DNA of 60,422 nucleotides, the filler included, from Globobulimina sp. (lineage: Eukaryota): NCBI GenBank assembly GCA_003354225.1. It is 14 parts of 14 records of this genome, joined end to end, with 100 filler letters (N's around TTAATTAATTAA, not from the genome) between each part and the next. Parts side by side here need not be neighbours in the genome. Positions count along the whole stretch, not along the records: positions 30,277 to 34,499 come from PIVH01001449.1; positions 34,600 to 38,822 come from PIVH01001450.1; positions 38,923 to 43,145 come from PIVH01001451.1; positions 43,246 to 47,465 come from PIVH01001452.1; 10 more parts are not named here. One strand, written 5' to 3'. The notes beneath the pieces were generated by a model. It did no database searches. It was not told the DNA's origin and saw nothing but the letters and a program-made list of their open reading frames with translations. Of this stretch, positions 34,226 to 45,904 are shown in pieces. Position numbers and translations under genes: made by a program. Numbering within the stretch: the first letter of the stretch is position 1; every line of letters starts with the position of its first letter.

Positions 34226-34499
34226 TTAAGAATTTGTCAGTGTAAGATCCACCCATCATAGTATCGTTATCGAAATACCAAATAATTAGCGTATATTCTC
34301 CAGGAGGTAAATAATCCTCAGTTCCTGCACCTTTTACTTTCATATTGAAATTTACAGTTTCTGCGTTGTTATCCTCATCATTTGCATGAGATTGATCAAT
34401 TAAACATACTTGACCATTTTTGTATCTAAGCTGGCCAGTTACAGATTCAGCTCCTACAATTTTTACAATTAATTCTTCTTTGTATTTGATACCATTACC
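34212..34499 (-). CDS. Hypothetical beta-rich protein, 5'-partial (not in the ORF track)
   Basis: Open from the contig edge: GNGIKYKEEL...LPPGEYTLIIWYFD...KFLIVGE*. Confidence 0.55.
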   Translation of the reverse strand, partial: GNGIKYKEELIVKIVGAESVTGQLRYKNGQVCLIDQSHANDEDNNAETVNFNMKVKGAGTEDYLPPGEYTLIIWYFDNDTMMGGSYTDKFLIVGE

Positions 34500-35115
34500 N
34501 NNNNNNNNNNNNNNNNNNNNNNNNNNNNNNNNNNNNNNNNNNNTTAATTAATTAANNNNNNNNNNNNNNNNNNNNNNNNNNNNNNNNNNNNNNNNNNNNT
34601 CTGGCTCCCCCTTTTACCGCCGATGACGAGCCCACACGCTGGCTATTCAGCCTGAATCCTGAATTTCAGGAGTGACATGCTGTATACATGTGCACTGTTA
34701 AAATGTGCATCTCACCAGCTTAGTCTAGACATTTCTAAAGGTAAAGGTGGAGGTTTATAGTCTGGTATCGAGCTGGCGCTGCTCATCTGCAGCTAGCACT
34801 ATTCGCCTGACTTCACACAATTACCCCCTGGTCTTCGGACCTGTTCATTCTAGAGCCATTTCAACTCCCCAGGGAGCAGTTCTAGACAGTTCAGATATTC
34901 CTCAGGTTCAAATATGTAATCTGGTCTGCATTAAACTAAAAGTATGTGCAGTAATGTGCACACAAAAAGCCACGAAACGAGGGATTATTTATGGAAGGGT
35001 TCATTTGGAATGCCATCAAAATGATGAAGCAGAAAAGTAACTTACGTTTATATGATAATTCATGATTATACGTCAATAAAATAGAATTTGTAGTTTCGAA
35101 CTTTCAATAAGAACA

Positions 35116-36573
35116 ATGAATGAGTCATTCGACAAATTACAAGCCATAAACAATGAATCAACAACATCCAATTGCAGCGCTCCACGGAGACGCAGCAGGA
35201 TAAAAGTGGAAATCATGGATTTTTTAGCAACCAAGACACAAAAACAAAAAAAGAGAAAATATTCAATGAAAACGCGTGCAGACTCCAATTACTCCGCTTT
35301 CGTGCAAGGCATAGTACAGACTGCTCCATCCATCTCTTCTTCAATGAGTTCAATCTCAAATGATCCTGAAACCGACCACGAGTACAATGAGCAACAAACC
35401 TTCCAAAACAAAATAAAATATTTATCCTCAATTTGGAGCAACAATTCATCGACAAATGGCGGTAAGGTTGATTTATCAAATCACAAATTACGATCTAATC
35501 AGTTTCAAATCATATTACTATTACCACACCCAACAAAAATAGTGCATCTTGATTTGTCTTCAAATTATTTGACAACAATCGAATCTGGATATTTGTTGGA
35601 ATTAAGCAACTTAAAATCAATCAACATCATAGATAATAAAGTCAAATCTATCCACGATATCCAAGACATTGTTATAATGTCAGCAATCATGCGATTGCAC
35701 AAAATCGATCTCACTGGAAACTGCATCACCGATATCAGCGCACATTTTGGTGTTATGAGCAATCTGACCATCTTCAATTGCGATGACAATTTAGTGACAG
35801 ACGTCAATGGCAAAGGTCTCAATAATTGCCATAAATTGAAGATACTCTCATTATCAAGAAATAAAATTGAAATCTTCCCCAAATTAAAACTATTGCAATT
35901 GATATATTTGGATTTATCGTTTAATTTCATAGAATCATTAAACGAAAACGTTTTCGAATGTTTGCCCGAATTAAGACATTTGAATTTATCCAATAACGCA
36001 CTCAGATCCATACCAATTTCAATTATTCATTGCAAAGAATTGTTAAACCTATTCATTAATTTCAATTGTATTGAGGATACAAATCGTGTATTGACGGTAT
36101 TGAAGTGTCTGGAAAATATAGAAAATCTAGCTTTGCAACATAATCAATTAGACATCAAAATGTTGAAACATGCCATATTAAATCTAAACAAACTGAAAAA
36201 ATTGGAAATCTACGATAACTCCATTCGAATACCGCTTTCCATCCGAGATAAAGAGGGTACATTGGATAAATTGCTTGATTTTTTAAGAAATGTTCAAATA
36301 GAATCAGCTGACACTAACAGCCTTATAAATGCATGCAAATCATTTGGCTCAATCAGCAGTTTCAATACAATGTCGAGCGAATTCTTCAATGACGAGATCA
36401 ATAGCCAACAACGGGTACACTCAATCAGTACTGATATAGATACAAACAGCAGTATCATTGGTCTGCAGCAGCTGGGACTCAACACAAGTTTTGCTCGGAA
36501 TAAAACGTATGATTCCGGCGCAGTTGATCTCAAATTATGTAGTGAAATTGACGAGATATTGATGTACACCTAA
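35116..36573 (+). CDS. Leucine-rich repeat protein
   Basis: Ten or more LxxLxLxxNxI repeats (LDLSSNYL, LSLSRNKI, LDLSFNFI, LNLSNNAL). Confidence 0.9.
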   Translation: MNESFDKLQAINNESTTSNCSAPRRRSRIKVEIMDFLATKTQKQKKRKYSMKTRADSNYSAFVQGIVQTAPSISSSMSSISNDPETDHEYNEQQTFQNKIKYLSSIWSNNSSTNGGKVDLSNHKLRSNQFQIILLLPHPTKIVHLDLSSNYLTTIESGYLLELSNLKSINIIDNKVKSIHDIQDIVIMSAIMRLHKIDLTGNCITDISAHFGVMSNLTIFNCDDNLVTDVNGKGLNNCHKLKILSLSRNKIEIFPKLKLLQLIYLDLSFNFIESLNENVFECLPELRHLNLSNNALRSIPISIIHCKELLNLFINFNCIEDTNRVLTVLKCLENIENLALQHNQLDIKMLKHAILNLNKLKKLEIYDNSIRIPLSIRDKEGTLDKLLDFLRNVQIESADTNSLINACKSFGSISSFNTMSSEFFNDEINSQQRVHSISTDIDTNSSIIGLQQLGLNTSFARNKTYDSGAVDLKLCSEIDEILMYT

Positions 36574-36713
36574 TCAAAAATAACAACTGCAACTAGTTCA
36601 AAAATAACAACTAGTTCACAGAGTTTGCAAAACATTGACTGAAATCTTGTTAAATAATATTTAAAGAATCTTATTAAATTACTGTAGCATATATGACAAA
36701 TAAAAACAAAACA

Positions 36714-37955
36714 TTAATTTATCCATTGGATACAATTTGTTTGTGTTTGCATCCAATATTCAAATACACATTGTTTAAACAAAAAGTTTACATTCATTGG
36801 TGATTTTGAACTTGTCTCAATGTACGGAATGTTGATATCTCTGCAAAGTCGCATTGCAGACATATAGTTTTTCGTAATTTCCATATTCATATTGTTATAA
36901 TCTGTTGCATTTTTCTCCTGTCTTAAATCCACTTTACATCCAACCAATATCAGCGCACAGGGACCAATATGATTCGTTTTATCCATTGTATATTGACTCA
37001 CTTCATTCTGACATTTTTCTTCAAAATGTTGTTGAATACGAGGTATAATATATGATTTAAGATATTTTAATGTTAATCCCCGACTAACATCAAAACACAA
37101 CAAAAACACTTGGCCATTCTCAATCCATTCATCAATGCTCCCGGCCATACACATAACATCTCCTCCTGCTGTATCCAATATGTTTTGTTCCATTTCATTT
37201 GTATCAAAATCAAATGAGTTCGAATCAGTCTTTGTTTCCTCAAATTCATACATTGCATCAATAAGTGGAACAGTTTTCGTATAACAATCTACGATTGTTG
37301 GCGTATAACTGTCTAAAAATTCATCATTTAGATATCTATGGATCAATGTTGATTTACCAACACCCACATCGCCTAACACTGTAATCTGAACTGTTTTTTT
37401 CTTTTTGCCATAGTCTCTGTCATCATATTCATCGAAACTTAACGACGATTTCATCCAAGTAAAGCATGGAGCTTTGTTCCTATTATACAATGAAATATAT
37501 CCATGGAAATAGGCATGAACTGGTGTTTCTGAGTTGGATGTGTTAAATGAAGATGATGACACATTAATATCCGGCACGTAATACGGTACAGAGAGAGATC
37601 TGTGTTCTCGTCCTAATGGTTGAAATGGTGGTGGTTTACAGAACTGCCCTTTGGGTGTGGTCGATCCTTGTAATTGCGATTTTTTTTTAGGTAAAAAATT
37701 GGAAATTATTGGTATTATTCCACCCAAATCCAATGGTAATAACAGATTATATAATTCTATTTCATGCGCGCTTGTAAATATCCATTCTGTCTGCAAGACA
37801 TCGACAAAGTCACACGCATTGAATATCGTTTTAAAACATGTATTATAGCAACAATGACGATACTGTTTGTAGGACCAACACTCTTTGCAATGCTTATATG
37901 AATGCGCTGAATGACGTTTGGTACCTCTTGAATTCTTTGAGTGTTTATTGCCCAT
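36714..37955 (-). CDS. Ras-family small GTPase with a long N-terminal extension
   Basis: GDVGVGKS, YTPTIVDCY, ILDTAGG, VGCKVD, ETSSK; MGNKHS N-terminus; no CaaX. Confidence 0.85.
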   Translation of the reverse strand: MGNKHSKNSRGTKRHSAHSYKHCKECWSYKQYRHCCYNTCFKTIFNACDFVDVLQTEWIFTSAHEIELYNLLLPLDLGGIIPIISNFLPKKKSQLQGSTTPKGQFCKPPPFQPLGREHRSLSVPYYVPDINVSSSSFNTSNSETPVHAYFHGYISLYNRNKAPCFTWMKSSLSFDEYDDRDYGKKKKTVQITVLGDVGVGKSTLIHRYLNDEFLDSYTPTIVDCYTKTVPLIDAMYEFEETKTDSNSFDFDTNEMEQNILDTAGGDVMCMAGSIDEWIENGQVFLLCFDVSRGLTLKYLKSYIIPRIQQHFEEKCQNEVSQYTMDKTNHIGPCALILVGCKVDLRQEKNATDYNNMNMEITKNYMSAMRLCRDINIPYIETSSKSPMNVNFLFKQCVFEYWMQTQTNCIQWIN

Positions 37956-37980
37956 TCTCTCAACACAAGTTAGACGACAT

Positions 37981-38822
37981 TCAAAACGACCTAAAGGAAA
38001 AACGATTACTTTGGATCATGCCATATCCTTTTAGATCTATTTTATTTTTATAAAAGTCAACTGTCGCAAAACAATTCGCATCTTCGACTGCTTCAACAGC
38101 TCCTTCAAATGTCACAAAATAAACTCCATTTTTATCTCTATACAAATCACCGATATGATCATGTCCGGCAAACATCATTTTAACACAGGAATATTTATCA
38201 ATCAATGCAATGAGTTCCTTATAATCCCATTGTAATATATCATAATCCCGATTTAAATTGGTATATATTGGCACATGAGAGAACAAAATGACATTATCCT
38301 TTCTTTGTTGTGCAATTTGTAATTTTGATTGCAACCATAACAATTGCTTTTGTCCAAAGGAGCCATTAAATGCTCTAAACCTTCGGTCGTATCCTTGTGT
38401 TGGTACTGGAACATGTTTGTCCTCGTTTGGATTATATTTATTTAATAACGAATCTGCTGCACTGTAATGTTTATGTATGTTGTTACAATATTTATATCCT
38501 AAAATACTGATATCGTAGGAATCCAACATAATAAATACAAATCCTGGGAATGGTGTAAATGCATAATAAAATATAATATCACCTTCTTCTTTTCTGCCAT
38601 GCATATATTTCAATAATTCTTTACGATCAAAATTATATAATTCATGATTGCCCAGCAAATTATGAAAGAATGGATATCTGGGAATCCACTCACAATCACA
38701 ATCCTTTTTTTCCTCATCTTGCTCTACATTTTCCTCATTGTCTTGTGAGTCTTCCTCATGCTTTATTTCAGTATAAATCTTTGATCCAATTTCTATATTT
38801 TTTATGAGTGTTTTTGTGTTTG
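37981..38822 (-). CDS. ADPRM: Mn-dependent ADP-ribose/CDP-alcohol diphosphatase, 5'-partial
   Basis: LGNHELYNF, LDSYDIS, FNG...QLLWL, SHVP, AGHDH. Confidence 0.85.
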
Positions 38823-39291
38823 NNNNNNNNNNNNNNNNNNNNNNNNNNNNNNNNNNNNNNNNNNNNTTAATTAATTAANNNNNNNNNNNNNNNNNNNNNN
38901 NNNNNNNNNNNNNNNNNNNNNNGCACATAAATCATTAAGAAAAAGATTTAAACAATTTATTATTGTACGACCTCAATTATTAAATACTGATTGTATTCAA
39001 AATGTAATTGAAAAATATAATAAATTATTTATTCAAATTGGTTGGCAATTAAAGCAAATTACATATAAAAATATGGCAAGACCAGGTAAAGCAGTAAATG
39101 ATACATTAAGTATTCAAAAAGAATTATAAATATATAATAAAATCATGTGGGACTGTGTTATTGTATTGCATTGTACAGTTGTACTTTTTTTCTTTTCCTA
39201 TTTTTGATGTTGAGTTTTTGTAAAATATATAATCTAAATTGTTAGCAAGTTTTTTTCAAGAAAATCTTTGTTAGTTAGTAACATAAACATA

Positions 39292-42200
39292 ATGGGCAAA
39301 GGCCGTTTTACAGCATTGGATGTTTCAGCAATGACAACATCATTACAAGAAATATTAATTGGCACACGAGTCGCAAATATTTATGATTTAAATTCACGAA
39401 CATATTTAATTAAATTCTCAGGAAAAGACAAACGCTTATTTTTAATCATTGAGAGTGGAATAAGATTCCATTGTACCTCATTTATGCGCGACAGAGTACC
39501 ATCAATGCCCAATCATTTTTGTTCAAAATTGCGAAAATATTTAAAATCTAAAAAATTATCCGCCATTCAACAATGTGGCAGAGACAGAATTGTCATATTT
39601 ACGTTTGGCGTACAAGAAACACACAAATTTTACTTAATATTAGAATTATTTGCTGGGGGAAATATTATTTTATGTGACTATGAACATAACATTGTAATAT
39701 GTCTCAGAGTCCATCAAAATGTAAAACACGGAGATAAGTATCCATTGACAAAGGATAAAAATAGCAATATCCCCACTGATAACACTCAACAAATTCAACA
39801 AAAATTAAAAAAATGCATTGCCCGTTTACTTAAACAACAGTCTGACCGCAATCAACCAAAAAAACTGAGCAACCGTCAAAAGAAAAAGCAAAGAATGAAT
39901 CAGAAAATGGAAACAGTCAAAGATTTTATGATGAAAAGCATGTCCGCTTCGCCGCTCATTATAAACTCAATCATGAACAAATACAAAATTAAAACCAATG
40001 AATCATTGTTGCAGTACGTATTGAAGCCTTATCCCATTCTCAAACCCGACAACAAACCACAACCAGACTCGCAACAAAGTGAGCAAACTGACTCCGACGA
40101 GTCTGATCAATCCGATAATGAGCCACACGAAGACGCGATGTATTCAAATATGAGCCAAGAACAGAAAATCAACGCCATGCTGCTGAACAGTGATAAATTT
40201 GAGATCTTAATGCAGTGTTTTGTCGAATACGAGAAACTGCTCCAATCCTTACACTCGCACGTTTGCCGAGGTTTTATTGTCTCGAAACGTATCTCGTTAT
40301 TACCACTGAAAAAAGTGAGCATTTTTGTCAAGAAACAGCGCAGAAAACAAGTGCAACCAACCATTAATTTACACGACGATGAAGACCACAACGACCAAGA
40401 AACTAAAGACAACACAGCAGCACAGCAACAAAACAAGCAACAAGAAGCAAAATTCATTTACGACGAATTCATTCCTTTTCAACTCGCCGCCGACGACCAC
40501 TTACATAATGATGAAAACATTCGTATTGAGAGTTGGCAGACATTCAATGAGTGTGTGGATGAGTTTTTTTCTTCCAACGAAGCCGTCAAAAGTGACCTGA
40601 AACAGTCACGAGCGGAACTTTTGGCGTTTAAAAAGTTGGAAACTGCCAAAGGCCAACACACGAATCGTATCCATAAATTGCAGCAAGAAGCCCAACAAAA
40701 AGCGTTCTATGCCACGGTGATTGAGGAGAACTTGGAGTTGGTGGATAAGGCCATCAGCGGAGTCAACACGTTATTGTCGCAAGGCATTGATTGGAACGAT
40801 TTGGGCAATCGCATCCGGGAAGAAACGCAGTTTGGAAACCCCATTGCTTCCATTATTTCGATGCTAAAACTGCACGAAGGGAGCATTACGTTGAAGTTAC
40901 GGCATCAAATTGAAATTTATCCACATGACACTTCAGCTGACGCGGAGACGGCGGACAGTGTCGAAAGCGATGTCGACTCCGATATTTCAGACATGTTTGC
41001 TGACGATGGGCCTGAACAGAAAGTCAATTTGCAATTGGAAGAACCGCAGCAGATTAAAATCGAACATTACAACATCAGCGTCGAGCTGCGGCTGTCGGCG
41101 TGGAACAATGCGCGGAAATACTATGCGCTGAAGAAGCAGCTGTTGGATAAACGGGAGAAGACTTTGGAAGCCACCAACAAAGCAATCAAAGCGGCGGAGA
41201 ATAAGACCAAAGTGGCTCTGAAAGAGGCGAAGCAAACTGCGCAGATCCAGAAGCTGCGCAAAACATATTGGTTCGAGAAGTTTTATTGGTTCATTTCGTG
41301 CGATAACTTCTTAGTGATCGCGGGGAGAGACGCGCAGCAAAACGAGCTCATTGTGAAGAAGTATATGGATAAACAGCGCGACGTCTATGTGCATGCGCTG
41401 ATCCATGGCGCGTCGTCGGTGGTTATCAAAAACCCAAAGGGCTTGAAAGCAATACCTCCGCGCACCCTCAATGGAGCTGGTTCGATGTGTGTGTGCCGGT
41501 CGCGAGCGTGGAGCAACAATGTTTCTACGGAGGCTTATTGGGTCCATGGCTACCAAGTGTCTAAAACGCCGCAAAGTGGGCAATATCTGCCAACTGGTAT
41601 GCGTGTACATAGTTGTTTGGCACTAATGATGTTTTTTGTTTTGGTGCAGGTTCGTTTGTGATACGCGGGAAACGGAACTTTATTCAACAACAACCGTTGC
41701 AAATGGCCATTGTGTTGTTGTTTAAAATCGATTCGAAATCGTATGAGTTGAATCATAGGAATGAAAGGAAAATGAATTACTTTGCAAATGATGGCGACGA
41801 TGGCGATGATGATGGGATGTTGGACAAGAATGAAAAAAGTGCAGTTGGGGATGTTACGCAGCAATTTATATTGGATGATATTGCCAATGCTGCGGAGGAT
41901 AAATTGAAGCAAAATGGAGATAAATCGATGAAGAAACGAGGAAAAAACGAAGAGAATGCGATATATATTACGCGTACAATGGTTCATAGCAATGCGAGAC
42001 AGAAAAAAGAATTCGAAGAGGAACGAAGGAGACAAAACTCACAAACCGTAAAAAAGAAAGAAGAAAGCAACGATATTGAGAAGAATGAGAAAAAGGTTAA
42101 ACAAAGTATTCGAGATAAAAAGTTAGCAAAGTATGGATTTGAAAATACGAAAAACACCAAAATGCTAAGTAAGAGAGAGAAAAATAAGCGCAAAAAAAGA

Positions 42201-42947
42201 GGAAAATATAATAGAATGTATGACGAATCTGATCGCAAATTAGTTCAACAATTATTAGGTCTCCAACCAAAGGATTTGAAAAACAAAAAGAAGGACAATG
42301 ATGAAGAAATTGAGCAGAAAAAACAGGAGGAAATAAAGAAAAATGAACCCAAAGAAGGGTATGAATTGAATGCAAATCCAATGAATTTGAATAGGAATCA
42401 ACAAGCAAATGAAGAGCATGAAGAAGAGGCAGAAGAGGCAGAAGAAGACAAATATGAAAATCAAAGAAGGTTTGCATTGACAAATAGATTGGAGGACGAA
42501 TTGAAATTATTGACAGGGAAATTATATGAGAATGATACGATTTTATATTGTATGACAATGTGTGCGCCGTATTGCACAGTGTCGAATTCCGATGATTATG
42601 GATTTAAAATAAAGATTCAACCTGGAACTACGAAGCGAGGTAAAGCAGTGAAATATGTTTATGAATTGTTTCAAAATATGTGTAAATCATCAGTTTTGAA
42701 TGAGGCATTGAATATTTTATCGATGTGTAAAGCCATAAAAGACACGGAAATAAATCATATATTTTTATCAAATGTTAAGATTTCTGGAGCTGGCATGAAG
42801 TCATTGCAACTCCAACATAAAAAGCAACAAAAAAAATTACAAAAAGAAAAATGGAATGAAAAACAAAAACAATTTAAAAAACAACAAAAGCAAAATAAAC
42901 AACATAATGTTTCTGCAAATCCGAAAAAAAGAAAAAAACGCAAGTGA
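39292..42947 (+). CDS. NEMF: Ribosome quality-control subunit NEMF/Rqc2; intron 41597-41649
   Basis: RFTALDV, RVANIYD, IESGIRFH, KLRKYLK, WFEKFYWFIS, GRDAQQNE; the splice restores YLPTGSFVIRGKRNF; C-terminal CAPY...KIKIQPG...KRGKA. Confidence 0.95.
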
Positions 42948-43245
42948 TATGACATAAGTGTGACTTGTTTTGTTCGTTTACAATTAAGGTATTATTCAGT
43001 AGGTAATCTAAATTAGTGTATATAATAAGTATCTTTTTGCTGATCACATAATGGGCTGTTGTTTGGACGGTAACAGTCATGGTGTAAACTGGGGGAAAGT
43101 ATGCAGATGATATCGATAATAAATCAAATGATTCGTTACAACCTTNNNNNNNNNNNNNNNNNNNNNNNNNNNNNNNNNNNNNNNNNNNNTTAATTAATTA
43201 ANNNNNNNNNNNNNNNNNNNNNNNNNNNNNNNNNNNNNNNNNNNN

Positions 43246-45854
43246 TTCTTTTTTATCTTTCTTGCCACCACCCGATGCGTTTTGTTTACTGCTTAATTGT
43301 TTGGTTTGTTTGGCATCCAATGAGGTCATAGTCGCAGACATTACGCGCGAGGATAAACCAAACATTCCTTGCGATCTCTCTCGGAACTTCTGGTCCATCA
43401 TATCCATCACATGTAAGCGCAAATCATTCTCAATTGCTGTACATAAAGGATTTATAATCTCCGCATTCAACATTACTAAAATATCTTCTTTGTACACTTG
43501 GAATATTCGATTCGAATCTGCTTCGTGTTTGTTGGATTTCAACATAGGGACAACGTCATTTAAGTAGGCAAATATGCTCGACAGCCGGTATGCTTGCGTC
43601 GGATTGTCGTAGATATCTCGCAAGATCAGCGGGATAAAATCAATGGACCAATAAAAAAATGAAGTATCCGTAGTACGGCAGAGATATTTTTGCCACGAAC
43701 TGACCACATCTAATTTCCATAGTCTATAGCGTACCTCATCAATATCTTGATCGCTCATCATTCCTTTCAAAGTGGCCACCGATGACGCTACATTTATAAC
43801 CACCACACGCGATAATGTCGGAGCAGTGTTCAATAATTCGACACAAAGCGTTAACGCAGCTAAACAATCTAATTTAGCAGAAGTGGGACGCGGTTCAGAA
43901 TCAATTCTCTTTCGTAACGGTTCAAAGATATGCTGCAAACTAAAAGCAATCACAGTTAACATATACGACACGTCGGCCGATAACCGTTTGGATCGCCGAT
44001 GAAAAGCGTCTTCAATCGATTTCAATAACTCTGCCAATGTAGTCAGTGAGCGTAGATTGGATTTCTTGAAATTTATTCCCAAATCTAAATGTAGCCATAA
44101 CGTGGTAGTCAGTAAGTTATGTATTTGCGTGGCCAAAATCAAGCCATCAATCAATAAACGCGTTTGAAATTTAAGCGTGGTTTGAATATCACGAATTTTT
44201 GATTTTATTTCCGCATCCCATTTAATTAGCCATTGACACATTTTCATGTACAAAGTTTGCACGGTTGCGTTGAATTTTTTGTCTAAGTTTAATAAGTATA
44301 TACGTCGGCTAGTATCAATTTTGTGATAGGGCGGATCTAAGGTTTTGCCCGAATAGGGAATATGTTCACGCATAAAATCAGCCAAATACCAGACTGCGCG
44401 ACCGGTTAAATGGACTAAGGGTATTTCGTGCTGTACGCTCCAGACCGATTTATAAAAAGTCTTGTCCTGCGCTGCAGAGTAAGTGAATATTTTATTGGTT
44501 AAGCCATACAAACTGAATAAATCCACCACTGAGTGTCGATGATGAATCTCTTTGCCTTTTAACTCAGATTTTAATCGGCGTTGAATATATTTTAAATATC
44601 GATCAATCTCTTCAAATAATGCACGATTAGCAGACACCACACGCATTTGTTGAATCATTGCCTTGCTCATTTTTAATGCTTCTTCCTTGACTTGATTCTC
44701 TTGTAATATTTGTTCGTATTGATGGGATAAATGGGAAGGCACTTTACTAAAAACGCCAAATTTCTGCGTGATGCAATTTGCATACATCTTACTGTTTAAT
44801 ATTACGTCTTCTAACTGCATTATTTGGTGTTGAAAATCATTTAGGTCGTCTGCATTAAATCCCATACTGTATATTATATATATAATATAATATGTATTAT
44901 TCATATATTATGCGATTATGCGTTCATACCTATCAGGGGTAGTCCTCATATATCCAATCATTTTTTTATAATTTTCCCAGCCATCCTTTAATTCCTCATT
45001 TTCCCTGACAATAATATCTAGTGTCACCAATATAGTGAGTGTTTGTGATAAGCGATCTAATAAATAGTCCATACTCACATTCTTATAGGTTGATATATAT
45101 AATTTCTGTTTTGGGTGATATAAATATGCCAACTGTTCTATTGTGTTCTTTACGACGGCATTCACTCTCAACAGGAAATTACATAATTCCTGTAAAAATG
45201 GTAAAAACCTTGCTATTTGCATCTCCATTGTATTGTCATTATCCATGTTGTCGGTATTACCATTGTTATCTATGTCTGTGTCTGTGTCTGTGGATATAGC
45301 TCCATTTGCATGCGTATCACCGTTGCCGTAGGCATCCGTTCGTTCCTTTTCATCGTTTGTTTGTGTGGATGTATCATTTGGTATTATACCAAACATATTT
45401 AGTGGATGATAATATTTGCTTCTTGCAATAACTTGTAATTGTATCATTTCTTGGCATAATGCACTAAAGACAGTGGTTATTTTATTAAATACAGGATTAT
45501 CTGTTCTGTCTTCCACTAAAAATACTGGATTTAATACGTTTTCATATGGTGCTACATCTAATGATAAGAAGTCGTCGCGTGAGTCCCATGTGTCTGTCAT
45601 GTTGCGTTCACTGAATTTCTCTTCAAGTTGGTGCAAATTGGAGCAATGTTCCTCTATAAATGATTCCATTCGGTTCAATAGATCATCGCTTGGATTTTCT
45701 ATGTAATTGTTTAGTTTTTTATTTAGACAAGAAAATGTATTATATATTTGTTTCAACCTTTAAGATCTCCTCCAAAAAAGTCATTCAATTTTTGTTGGCT
45801 TTGATCTACTGGAAGAAAATTGGACGGTGGATCGCCTGGCGCTTCTGCTGCCAT
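43246..45854 (-). CDS. WASHC4: WASH complex subunit 4 (SWIP/KIAA1033), 3'-partial; introns 45699-45757 and 44867-44929
   Basis: FNKITTVFSALCQE, QIARFLPFLQEL, LVTLDII, PLCTAIENDLRLH; GT-AG splices give a continuous frame from ATG 45854. Confidence 0.88.
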
Positions 45855-45882
45855 GGTTCAAACAATAATAGTAAATAGTTTT

Positions 45883-45890
45883 AAAAAAAA
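45883..45890 (-). terminator. RNA polymerase III terminator (T8)
   Basis: First run of four or more T downstream of the tRNA-like unit, 15 nt after the discriminator. Confidence 0.7.
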
Positions 45891-45904
45891 TCATCTGCCA
45901 GTTA

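Larger units (their letters stand above)
30277..34499 (-). mobile_element. Fragment of an integrative archaeal virus or plasmid, probably with a Nitrosopumilaceae/Nitrososphaerota host
   Basis: Intronless, tightly packed co-oriented ORFs with overlapping stop/start codons; tyrosine integrase; tRNA 3'-end att core; SWIM and RHH-like small genes. Confidence 0.7.

Noticed and set aside
34619-34640. CGATGACGAGCCC hammerhead-like half core
   Set aside because: The complementary GGGC-GAAA half is absent.
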